From the NCBI GenBank assembly GCA_029953675.1, contig JAMWBK010000009.1:1736001-1800000 (forward strand): a DNA stretch of 64,000 bases, read 5' to 3'. The notes below the pieces were generated by a model. It saw nothing but the letters and a program-made list of their open reading frames with translations. It was not told the origin of the DNA and ran no database searches. Source of the DNA: Rhodosorus marinus CCMP1338 (Eukaryota; Plantae; Rhodophyta). A program made the translations under genes and the position numbers. This document shows, piece after piece, positions 36,494-47,832 of the stretch; position 1 is the stretch's first letter; the number at the start of each line of letters is the position of its first letter.

Positions 36494-37854
36494 CTACGCA
36501 TCCTGTCCAGTACCTTCCTTCCGGAGTAATGGCTGCGAGGCGCTTGGTGGGTCCAGGTAGAGTATCTCATGTGTTGTGAGAGGAGAAATTCTACCCAAGG
36601 CAGCAGCTACTCCGCAACTAACTCCCGCCGCTGCCGACATTATTAAAAACAACTTTTGCAGCCCAAGGTCTTGATAAATTAATCCACCCGCGAGGGAACC
36701 ACATGCGTATCCCAAGCCCCAGTGCGTTCCAGTAAGCAAACCCTATTTGAAGAAGAGTTGGGAGGTCATTTATAGTTGATGGGTTCCGTTAGTCTGGGGT
36801 TGAATGACTCCTGTGCCGGCGATATTCCATGATGAAGACTAGATATTACCTGCATGGTTGATCTTCCATTGGGAGGGGCAATGGCTCTGAAGAAATGCAC
36901 ACCGCAGGCATAGAAAGAAGCAAACGTAAGGCCGTGAATAGCCTCCATTGGCAAAATTGTCCATGGATTAGAAACCACTGAGTACGTAGCAAAGCGAAGG
37001 ATGTAGCCCAGTTGTGCTAGAGCGACGAGGTTGAAAATTCCAATACGTTCCATCAGCGGTCTGATGTAGAAGAAAAACGGTATCTCACTGATGCAGTTAA
37101 CGAATCGGGCGAGTCCCATCAAAACGCCTGGTGCACCTAGCTCTTTGAGGCGGAGGAATAAGTACGAATCCAGAACGCCACAAAATGATCCAGAAAATAA
37201 CGTAACGACGAGAAATAGACATGCATCCGGTCTCTGAAGGGATCTGAGGAGTCCCCTTACGAAGGATACCGAACCCGCGTCGTCCCGTTGAGAATCGCTC
37301 TCTCCTGCATCCAGATCCCGAAATTTCAGAAGGACTAATATGAAGCAGAAACCGTATAGGACATTCATTTCGAAGGCTCGCTCAAATTTCCCGTCCCCAA
37401 TGAGGGTCCCAGCGATCAGCGCAGCTATTCCAAATCCAATTGACCCTAAAAGACGCGCAGATCCGTAACCACCACGTGTCCTCTCAACAGAAATAGAATC
37501 CAGAAGCGACGGGAGTCCCGACATGGACGCTGAGAACAATGCGGAGAGAAGGAGGATGATCCAGAATTCACGAGCAAGAAAGTACATTATCGTACGAGCA
37601 GCGACCCCACAAGTCGCTCCCACTGCAAGCACGGCGATCTTGTTGCGCGTCAGGTCTCCGATTGCAGGAACCACTGGACCGGCTACTAAAACAATTACCG
37701 GTCCAATGCCCGTAAGAAACCCTATCTGTTCCTTCGCGATGCCAATACTCTTGTACCACAAGGGCAAGTACGCTGTTAGAGACCCAAGAATACCGAAGAG
37801 AAAGACATACGCCAGCTTAATCTCCGGAAACTCGAACACGCCTACATTCGTCAT
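36494..37854 (-). CDS. MFS transporter (MFSD6 / MFS_1_like family), 2 exons
   Basis: About 12 hydrophobic segments; YLPLWYKSIGI..EQIG, GGYGSARLLGSIGFG, SEIPFFFY, EAIHGLTFA. The intron after ...RSTMQ joins to GLLTGTHWGLGYACGSLAGGLIY. Confidence 0.9.
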
Positions 37855-37964
37855 TCTGAGCTATTACGCCGACGGTCGACGGCGGAGGAACGGTAACGAA
37901 AGACGTGCGCGCGCACTGCTATGTCAACGGTGAGGGCGCTCTCAATCTCAAGAAAGGCCTGCAC

Positions 37965-38350
37965 TCAGGGCCCTCCAAAGTATTCACAAACGAAAACCTT
38001 CTCAACACTAGCCCCCTTAACCTTTTCTAGCTCATCCATACACAGCATGTACTTTAAATGAGCCATCCGTTCCCAGGCAATTTGGTCCATCTTCTCTAGC
38101 CAGGACATCACAGCGGCATCCCTCGGCCCGCTTTTCTTTATGCGAGGCGTACATGGAGAAATTCCGTCCACACAGAGCGTTGCTGAAAAGGAGCCGCGTT
38201 GCACTGGGCTATTAGAAAATAGCAGCAGCTTATTTTCAATGTAATTCAAGTTTTCCCAAATTAGAGTTCGTAACGAGGGTGCGACTGGACCAGTAAATTC
38301 GTTATAATTTGATGGTGAGGGGCGCTGATGGACCGCGCTCCTTGCTCCTC
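37965..38350 (-). CDS. Possible last exon(s) of an unidentified gene
   Basis: Open frame ending in the helical-looking RDAAVMSWLEKMDQIAWERMAHLKYMLCMDELEKVKGASVEKVFVCEYFGGP. There is a plausible polypyrimidine-CAG acceptor near 38350. I could not fix a start or recognise a family. Confidence 0.3.
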
Positions 38351-38549
38351 TCTGGCATGACAGGGAACAGAAGATCAATAAACGGATGATGAACAGATGG
38401 CCCGAATTGACTGTCCTGGACTGAATTGGGTTCTTACTACAGCCCAGAGAGCCCGTAGATAGAGCGCAGTTTTTCACAGGCTTGCTTTTAGATTGAAGCT
38501 TTGCCTTTTAAAGAAACAGGCCTTATGGGCTAGATTGAAGTCCCACTTG

Positions 38550-38875
38550 ACCTCAGTCCTTCAATGGTTTTTGCCGAGGTTCCGTCCGGGCTACTACGAC
38601 GGCAGCAGCCTCCTGTATGGGTCCTAATTATGTCTTATGTACACGAAAACAGGAATCGTTGACTTCTCAGTTTCCGAGGTCATGCATTTCTAGTTTTGCT
38701 CCTTTTTAAGCTCGCTTGCGTACGCGATTTACTGCAAATTCTAGGTTGATTTGGACAAGGTTCACTGCTATGGAGCACACCCTCGTAAAGCCTTCCCTAT
38801 TGACTAAACCACGTATCCATCTAGCAAGCATACCTCAGTCCTTCAACGGTTCTTGCCGAGGTTCCGTCCGGGCTA
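38550..38875. repeat. Direct repeat pair, 44 bp with 2 mismatches, 282 bp apart
   Basis: acctcagtccttcaa(t/c)ggtt(t/c)ttgccgaggttccgtccgggcta at 38550-38593 and 38832-38875. Confidence 0.95.
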
Positions 38876-39284
38876 TGTGCGTCGTGGCTGGTCCTCGTCG
38901 CTCGTCCTTTCCGCACGTCGAGGATTGCCCTTTGCTATCCGAGAGTGTACCTATCGAAATAGTATTAGACCCTAAGCTTCCCTACAAAGAAACGAATCAA
39001 GCTTCGGTTCGAAACATTACTGGCTAATTCTCAAAAGCCGTAGGCCAAACAGTACGTGAGCGTCTAGAATGCTGGCGAGATAGCTTGCTCTTGTCTACAT
39101 TTTATTGGTTACCTTTTGTTTTCGTTGAGACAATGCTTATGCAGCTCTTCTACAGGTAAACAGTTCAGCTCTTTCCGACTGTACCAAGCTGAACTAGCAT
39201 CTTATGACTCTGCCTTCCGATCCAGGAAAAAATTTCCGACTATCGCCCAACGCCTCCGTTCTACTGCTCGTCTAGGACATTCAA

Positions 39285-40608
39285 CTAATCTCCTGTGAAG
39301 TACTTATAGAAAAACCGCAACTGCTCCCCGCTTTGTATCATCCCGAAACGCTGTTGTTTGAGGCTGAGCACCGTTTGTCGAAAGTCCTGCCAGATTATGA
39401 TCAGAGAATGGGGAAGGATTCAGCCCGCTTGTTAGGACCTTCAAGGGGATCGGAAGTCACCAAATGTGTATCGATCCTAGCAGGCCAGTTCGACCTCTTC
39501 AGCGGAGAGGATTTGTCAAGACCTTACCTGCGGCCGTAAATCCTCCCCCGCTTCCAGTCTCTGATTTGTCCAATGGATTGCAATCAGCGTGCCCGTCCTC
39601 CCTAAGCCTGCACTGCAATGGATGACGGTTGGAACGTCCTTCTCACGGGCTTCTCTCGCATCTATGTACTCCACTAAATGTCGCATGCTAGAGTCGGGCT
39701 CTGGCACACCGTGATCCGGCCATTTCTGGAAGTGCACCTGTTCGATTCCCTTGGTGGTGTTTTTGTAGGAAACTCGGAGTATTCGCACCACTCCAAAGTC
39801 TTTCTCTGCCTCGCTTTCCAGTTCAACCTTGAAGTTCCCAAACGTCATTTCCTCCATGTTCGTTGTTGGCCAGTACCTGTCAGCCTTGGGTATTCCGTTC
39901 TCCACAACATTGGTAAGCATGATTATAGAAGGCACTCTATGCTCCCATATCATTTTCCAGAAGTCCTCCATTGATTCTTGGAGCGGAGCTTGGGTTGCTA
40001 TATACTGTCGTGGTCCAGAAACACCCGAGACATAGTTTGCGTTGATGTAGTTTCTCGAAAGTGTTGGCTTCTGAAAACCCTGCAGCTTCACCCTGGTTTT
40101 CTCATTTGCAAGAACATTTGTATACCGGTTCTTTTTCTGGTTCACACCGCTCAGAGCTGCCCGAAAGTCAGATTCATCCAGGCTTTCTGAGGCTTCCCTT
40201 TCAATGCTCTTGTTGAGCGGAAAAGGTAGAAGTTCGCGCATCGCGGTCAGTGCACTATGAAAAAACCAAAGCCTTCAAGTGGCTGAACAAATGGGTCCAT
40301 TTGGTCAAGTCTTCCGGCGACGTCAGCGTACATCGCAACGCAGGTTTAGACCCATAGACATCCGAACAGACCGAAGAAAAAATGAAGTTGATCGAAGTCT
40401 CGACACATACCTGCAGTTCCCCAATCCAAGCACGTGGCACTCTGTCCATTTCCTCAACTACCTCCTTCAAGCCTTGGGCTGCTCTGCAGCTTGCCATTGC
40501 TGAGAACAAGCGCGAATACGGACGAAAACCTCTGCTGGGTATGCCACCAATGGGCCACTCCTCCGAACTCTGCTTGCGCTTTCGCCCCCACAACAGACGC
40601 CCTAGCAT
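39285..40608 (-). CDS. Classical protein-tyrosine phosphatase; N-terminal exon structure uncertain
   Basis: KNRY, YINANYV, YIATQAPL, WPDHGVP and HCSAGLGRTG motifs. Intron 39387-39527 joins to DFRQTVLSLKQQRFGMIQSGEQLRF (Q-loop). Stop at 39285-39287. Confidence 0.92.
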
Positions 40609-41511
40609 GTTGTGGCTGCGTTGGTGTGTCTGCGTGCTTTCCGAATGTTGGGAAGGCATGGAAATCACCATCGGACTGATTGCGTTCCGTGCATTAGAGC
40701 AACGCATGTCTCAAACGCGTTTCCACAAGTCATAGAGTCTTTACTTCTGGGGCATTCGAGGTTTCACTCTAAGAACGAATGCGTAGTCGTGCATTGTTCC
40801 TGTAGCTTGCCTGAGAGGACTTTTCCGCAATGCCATTGGACACTACTCGAGTCATTGCCGATTGTCCTGTATTCGGGGAACCGTCCTCGAGTCCGTTGCT
40901 CTTGCATAAGGTACAACGGACATAAGAGATCTATCCTATTCTAAGAATTAATCTCACGGTTGCTTGTTCTGAACAATTTTCCAGTGAAGGAACTGCTTCC
41001 TCGTAGGGGAAGAGATGAGGGCTACATTCGGAGAGTCTTCAATCTCAGGACTTGAAGTGGGGAATCGAAACTCAATCGGCTTCTGGGCAGATTGTAGTGC
41101 AAGCAAGATATTCTTCGAATGCCCTCTACGTCTGCACACCTCTGAGGGAGCATGGACAGCTGGAACAGTTGCCCGAATAACCGGGACACAGCGGCTGCGC
41201 GGACCATAATCTGCAATTGATAATGTCGGCGAAAGCGAATATGGGATCCACGCACAAGGATTGCCGCAGCGAATGCAACAGTGTCGTTGGCATCAGATGC
41301 TTTGGAAGGTGAGCAGGATCATCTCGGCTGGAATTCAATAGGTTCAACCGCTATTACGAATTTCAGTACGTATACGTATACGCGCGTTGCGACCCTTGGA
41401 TCCAAACAGCGGATCCAACTAGAACGCGCTCAGAAGAAGCTACTTTTAATATGGAAAATAATAGTGTATGAGGTACCTCAGTCTCTCAAAACTGCACGGC
41501 AGCTCTTAGTC

Positions 41512-42646
41512 CTACCCGCCGGCCGCTCCCGAGACGTACACAACGACGCCAAACTGAGCAACGAGAGCCTCCTTTTCAACCGCGCTAACCACAGGAGAGT
41601 CTGACCCGAGAACAGTGATTGAAAGGTTGGAAATCTTTGGCAGAGCCTTGGGGATGGGAACCTGATCCAGGACGTTGGCCAGCAGCAGTTTTTCAAAGCT
41701 TTCAAACGCTCGATCCAGGATCACCCCGAGAACTGTCGCTGCATCGTCGTTATCCAGAATGTCTGCCTCCTCCTGGAGAAGTGTTGTAAGGTTCTCCAAC
41801 TCCTCATCTCTGCCATCGTTCGCTGCTGGTGAGAAGCAGCTTTCAACCAAGATCTCCCTGAGCGCAGCTTTCGAAGTGCTTTCCACCTTTTTTCGAATGT
41901 TTATCACCGCCATCACCAAATCCGCGCACGTGAGTCTACTGTCCAGTTGCATTGGGCCAACAACTTCCACGACAGCCTGCTGAATCACGCGCACCAAGAC
42001 CTCCATACATGACCCGAAGAGGCTCACTCTCGCAAGCTCCACGAATTTATGTTGTGTTTGCTTAGTCAGAAATCCTGAGGGGAGCTCGCTCATGCTTTTC
42101 TCGCTTGACATGTAGCGGCCAACTAGATTGAACTTTGTGACAAGGACTAGCTCTAGTAGACATATCGCGTATACGGATGCAATCGGTCTCACAAAAGAGA
42201 CCACCTTAAGCCTTTCCCAAAGATCTTTTTTATGCTCCCATACCGGTGTTGTTTGCAACTCTCTTACGAGACTGTCCGAGTCCGCCAATTTGAAGACGAC
42301 CTCTCGAACCTCCGGTAGCATCTTCCTGAGCAGCTCGTGGGCGTGCTTCAAGCTTGCCGTGAACCTGAGAAGTTTAGGAGGCGAAAAGCATTAGTTGGAT
42401 GACCTCCTACCATTCAACCCCGGATAACCTTTCTCGATGGCATTCTGTCTATCTAACGCACCCATCTTGAAGCCTGTTGGCTCCGCTCTCTCTCTCTTCT
42501 TCCAAAGCTCGCGTTATGGTGAGGTATTTTTGACGAAGAGAGTAGTACACATAAAGACAGGTAGCACCTCCCACGGCTATAGCAATCTTGATACGATGCC
42601 TTTTTATAAAGCCAAAGGTTGAACTCGCAACTGAAGACAAGCCCAT
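41512..42646 (-). CDS. PEX3: Peroxin-3 (peroxisomal membrane biogenesis factor), 2 exons
   Basis: N-terminal FIKRHRIKIAIAVGGATCLYVYY (basic cluster plus TM), KKDLWERLKVVSFVR..ASVYAICLL, TKFNLVGRY and IPKALPKI resemble Pex3 motifs. One intron before FTASLKHAH. Confidence 0.85.
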
Positions 42647-43723
42647 TGCTCCCGGAGCAGTTACGGCTATACAGAATATTTGTGGCTCCTCGACAAAATT
42701 CGAAACTCCCTCGCTTGCTATATGCAGAACCGCCTACCCACTACCATAGTCCAGGCGCGGAGCCGCCTCCTTATTTGCTTGGCGCGAGCGCCTATGGCAG
42801 GAAGCTGCTTCGTACACAGCGCAAGTGCACTGAGCGTCTCCCCTCAAATCACCTGTACATACCTGCGCACAGTCACTTGCTATCAGACATTGGAATTGCC
42901 CTTGTCGCCTCACTTCTTCCTCCCAGACGAAGCCACCCGTGATCCTCGAAGGCGGAAAATTATTCCACTACTTCAACTTGTTTGGCTCGCTACTTGGGAG
43001 AGGATGCATATTCTTGTTCCGTAGCTGCAGACAATACGTTTTGTATGCAGACCGATCTTACGGGCAAGCAGCGTTGAGAGAACTGCTCCAATCCTAGCAT
43101 GACAGGTAGATTGCGTTAGTCTGTCTTATGTTGGGAGACCGTAGATCCCATGATCTCTTTCGCGTGGAAGATAGGCAACACACGGGAAGCGAGATCTTTC
43201 ATGTTTCACGGACGTCAATAAATGGCTACTTTATCGCTCTTCATTCGCCGTGTGAAAAGCAAGTCCGCAAGAAGATCAACGGGGAAGCCTCCCTGCGTTC
43301 GTCGCCTCAATTTCAGATTCTCGACACGTTCGCGTTGAAAGGACATAGCTTGCACATGAGCTCGCGAACGATGTGAAGGAACAACCTGGATTCTCCGCCA
43401 GTGCATCCAACAAGCGTAGCAAATCTGGACACCTTTCCCACGAAAGGAAGCAAGTCTGTCTGAAATTGTGCGGTCATCCTCGGCTGTCGCTACGTTACAT
43501 GAACGGGGAAGGCGGTCTGTTGCAGTGGGATGTGGGAAAGGCAGCTGGCTAGGAAGGGATCTTCCGAACTACGGGTATAACTAGTACAAGGAACGATTTG
43601 CAGCTTGAGTCGTTCTTTTCAAGTTGGTAAAAGCAGAGCATGTGAATAGTGGGAACGGACGACCGAAATCCGGAATGACTTTGACCTCCGGTCCAAGCTC
43701 GACTTGTATGAACGCACGCAGAT

Positions 43724-45925
43724 ATGGCTCAGATCAGTGGTCAGAAACTGGGTTTAATCTTTGGCTCGGTGCGTCGCAGATTTCTTTCATTCCTTTCTCT
43801 ATGCTCGCAGATTTCAGAAGAAGTATAAAACCTCAGATCAACCGACAGCCGTCTTGGGTGGCCCGAAGCACTGGTAATTCCCAGGCTGGATCACCTAGCA
43901 CCGGAACGAAGCTTGTACAGCTTCAAAAGGTGACATATGCTTTTGGGTCGACAGTTGTAATCTCGGATCTCGACTTGGATCTTGTTGAAGGTGAAATCGT
44001 TTGCCTTCTTGGCCCATCAGGTGGGAGGCCGTCCCCACCCGAATATTCAAGATAAATCTCCAGGCCGATACTACAGGATGAATCTGAGAGGGACTGCTAC
44101 TCCGTGTGGATGAACAGGGAGCGGAAAGTCGACCATACTGAGGATAATCGCGGGATTAGCTAAACCAACCAGTGGTCGGGTGTTGTACAGGGGTAGAGCG
44201 TTCGAAGGAGTCAACCCTGGCACCGCCATTGTTTTCCAGACGTTTGCCCTTTATCCATGGCTGACTGTACTGGAGAATGTGGGGCTCGGGATACAAGCCG
44301 GCCCCTCGCGCAGGTCCATCGCACTGAAAGCCATCGACACGATCGGCCTCGATGGGTACATTGATGCATACCCGAGGGAACTAAGTGGGTTAGTTTGTAC
44401 CAGTTGCCGCAGACTAGTAGAACCGGCGACTACTGCGTAAATAATCCTCATAGCAGATAATTTTCAAACACCAGGAGCTAACCTACGGACGGTCACCACC
44501 TGTCAAAACTTACAGGGGAATGAGGCAGCGCGTCGGCTTCGCCAGAGCCCTCGCGGTTCAGCCTGAAGTGCTTTGTATGGATGAGCCGTTCAGCGCGTTG
44601 GACGTTCTGACGGCAGAAAATCTTCGTTCAGAACTATTGCGGCTGTGGCAAGGAGGAGAGATCCCCACGAGATCCATTTTCGTAGTTACCCATGGGATAG
44701 AAGAAGCAGTGAGCATAGCGGATCGCGTAATTGTGCTGCAGCGAGACCCGGGACGAGTACAAGCCATCCTCCCAATCGCTATACCTCACCCGCGGGACAA
44801 GAGGTCCCCGGAGTTTCAAACGCTTGTGGATCGTGTGTACACTGTTATCTCGCGCCCCGAAGAAGACGCAGACGAGCTCCTTCAGACCTCCGATGCTTCG
44901 TCCGAGATGTCGCAAGTCCCTTTGACCGTGATGGACACGAAAATATCTGTTGATAGCGATGCACAAAGTCAGACCGAGACGAAAAGGTAGCATCGTACTC
45001 GACTTTCATGGTCATCCCCTTCTGCGAGCCCGTTTGAGGCCTGCCGTTTGTAACTTTGCGGTGAGTATGGATCGAGGTACTCGGAGACATCTGGGTCTGA
45101 TGTGTGTTTCTCTATCCGCAATCGTGTGTTTGAAGGAAGCCCATGCTCCCTGCGGTGCGAATAGGATCTGTTGCCGGACTGCTCAATTTTATTGACGAGG
45201 ATGGCACGGACATCTATCGCTTGGGACAGAGCTTGCAGCTCGACGTGGATGAAATTTATCCAATCATTGAAGCAGCGGATTTGATAGGCCTGGTCGATGT
45301 CCAAGAGGTAGACTTGCGTTCGCCTTGAACATAAGTGTTGGAGGAACCAGTAGAGACTGAAATTCGCGTTTACTGCTACCCCGCGATGGCTAGGGAGACG
45401 TACTCGTTAATGATCGCGGTGCTGAATTTGTAAAATCCAGCATTAATCAGAGGAAAGCTCTTGTTCGAGAAAGCGTTCTCAAAGAAGAAGGAAGCTGGCT
45501 TATACCACAAATATATCATCTCCTGGGCCAGTCGAGACGTTCGAATCGGATTCCGCAGGAACTAATCTTTGATATGGTGCTGCTTAAGCACTTCACGCCG
45601 CAAGAAGCTCGCAAGCAGCTCGAAATTGCCATTGGTAGTATATTATCCAACCATTGCTGCCAGCGTGATGAGCCACGCTCTTCAATAGCCCTTCCACGGG
45701 TCGTGATAGGAGTCTCAACTGGTTGTGCACTGTCTCCTTGTTTTAGAGTGGGGTAGGTACGCCGAGCTGTTCACGTACGATGCGCTTTCCGGAGAGCTCT
45801 TCCTCGTCGAAGGAGAGGATATTATAGCGCAAGAAGAATTGGAGAGACCAGACCTCCTGAGACATCGGCTACAAGTTACTAAGACCGAGAGCGAGGATTT
45901 CCCGGAGAGAAGTGCGGAGACTTGA
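43724..45925 (+). CDS. NitT/TauT-family ABC transporter ATP-binding subunit with a C-terminal AAA-associated domain (prokaryotic type), 7 exons, about 519 aa; start uncertain
   Basis: Exons 43724-43739, 43811-44020, 44118-44388, 44516-44986, 45136-45307, 45394-45634 and 45747-45925 sum to 1560 nt in frame. Walker A GPSGSGKST, VFQTFALYPWLTVLENV, signature LSGGMRQR, Walker B LCMDEPFSALD, VTHGIEEA and C-terminal EWGRYAELF.YD are present. No transmembrane domain. Confidence 0.9.
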
Positions 45926-46648
45926 TCACTGGTAGATTGCTTATGCTTGATGGCAAATTCGAGTCGCGATTTCGCTTTTTTGCGACTTGTTGCGAGTCCG
46001 CAAGGTGGGAAGCTACGGTAATGAGGCAAGGGAAGAACGTTCAGGGGGCTCTAAAGTCAGAAACGTTATACAACGGCTCTTGAACGGACCAAAAGAAGTC
46101 GTGAATGGTTCGAAGGGAACGAAACAAAGCTGTGAACGATCGACGAAGTCAATTAAAGAGCCTCGAACGGCTGAACAGGTCAAGAAGAGGCCAAAACAGA
46201 AGTAGCTAGCCGTATTTTCTACGCTACTACCTCTCGAATGTTCTTGCGCAAGTAGTAGCAAACAGCCATAAAACCCTGGTTAGCAGGCTTGGCTGTTCGG
46301 GTAAATTGGAACTAAAGATGGACCGAATTTCCAAGTGGAAACGTGTAGCGCGCAACATCCTCAATTATGACGTATGTGAGCGAGTAACAGGCTCTCGAAA
46401 ACTACGTGGTGGTAGGCTCTTTGACAGGTAGGAGTAAACAAGAAAATCATCTGCAGCGGTTGTGCCATAACTGCGAGCAGAGTAAGCGAACGCAGGCGGC
46501 CTTCTTTCTTATCGCCAGAACCAAGTCCAAAACCGTTCTCAGCTTTCGTTCCTCGGATGATGAGTTTACCACGGCCCGTGCGCCAGCCGGCCAGCTAGGG
46601 GTTACGTTTGTCCGGGGATAGCCGTATGACACTTTATTTTACTAATCT

Positions 46649-46727
46649 GGTCCTTGCCACCTGACCAGTGTGTAGGCTCACACTGGTCAGGTGGCAAGGA
46701 CCCGCCAGTGTGAGCCTACACACTGGT
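46649..46727. repeat. Nested inverted repeat: perfect 24-bp stem with a 6-nt loop, followed by an inverted copy of its inner 22 bp
   Basis: ggtccttgccacctgaccagtgtg-taggct-cacactggtcaggtggcaaggacc (46649-46702), then ccagtgtgagcctacacactgg (46705-46726), which is the exact reverse complement of 46665-46686. Confidence 0.97.
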
Positions 46728-47074
46728 TAGAACAAGAGCATTGCGATGGGAGTTTTCTCGTGTCCTCTGGTAGCGTGAGTACTTTGGGGATCGACCATAT
46801 GGATGGTCGCGTTTCGACGTCTTCTTAGTTTAACCCACCACCGCCGTTCTGTCTTCCCTTCATGAAAGAGAGCTCTTCCGAAAGGCGCAGAGTGATCTCA
46901 ATCTGCGTACTGGCCGCCGTGGGTGTGTCCCAAGAGATGAGCATCTGAGCCTCAATTGTCAAGGTGTTCCTTGCTATCTTCTTCTGCTGCGAGTTCTCGC
47001 TCCGATAACGAGTGAGGGACTTCCTATCCGTCGGAAAGATTTTGATCGAATGTGGCACACAGCTCTTCCTCGAT

Positions 47075-47832
47075 TCAAGTTGGCCGTTGGCGCAGTAGCG
47101 CCTCTGAATGCCCCTTCTCCCACGCGTGCACGTCAGGGTTTTCGCAAACAGCTGGAACATTCGCCGGTCCCGACTGCGATTCCTTGGTTTGGGATGTGCG
47201 GTAAAAAAATTTGATTGCCTCAACCTTGTTGAGCTTCGTAAGGTCGAGCCTGTTTCTGATTTGCGTCTTCGTGCTTTTCGCAGGAGAAAACAGTCGCTCA
47301 CAGTCGGCTACGGCAGGGCAGCGTCCGAGAACGAATCAAGCAACTCTTTGCAACTCGGCCTCTCTGCGTTTTGCCAATACTCGAATGGGTTCATTTCGCC
47401 GGCGTAATCATTCAGCACCCCTATTTCGCCATTCCGATTGATATTATCGCCGAACTTTAGCGAATATCTTCGTAAAACCGACAACAGTCTTCTCGGCACA
47501 TATCCCCTCCAGGTGCCTGATTCTCTCGAGAATATCCTTCAACAGTTTCTCTGCTGTCGCAGTACAGCAGAGGAATGCAAGTCCAGCAGACGGACTGGCG
47601 CACCTTTCCTCACCACTGGCCCCGCTAAGACGTGCTCACCAACAACCGTTGTCCAACCATCCATAACGATGGTGCACTTCTTGGAGCTGTTCAGGAAGCC
47701 TGTCAACTCCTGTACATTCTCGAACACGTTGTCCAGTATACTACCCGCGAATGTACACCTATCCGGTATCGCCGCGTCGAACTGAAAACCCGTTACCCAC
47801 GCCCGAAAGTAAGGGGAGTTCGCAAAACTCAA
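47075..47832 (-). pseudogene. Degenerate, internally deleted hAT-family transposase
   Basis: SFANSPYFRAW...PDRCTFAGSILDNVFENV...CTIVMDGWT (DUF659-like, first catalytic Asp). Frameshift to TATAEKLLKDI, then NPFEYWQ..., then frameshift to PAVADCERLFS...IRNRL (hAT C-terminal dimerisation motif). At least two frameshifts and a stop. Confidence 0.8.

Noticed and set aside
10079-42646. GOX and PEX3 (peroxisome) or GalDH and CMT1 (photosynthetic metabolism) as a functional cluster
   Set aside because: Separated by tens of kb of unrelated housekeeping genes in mixed orientation; no sign of a cluster.
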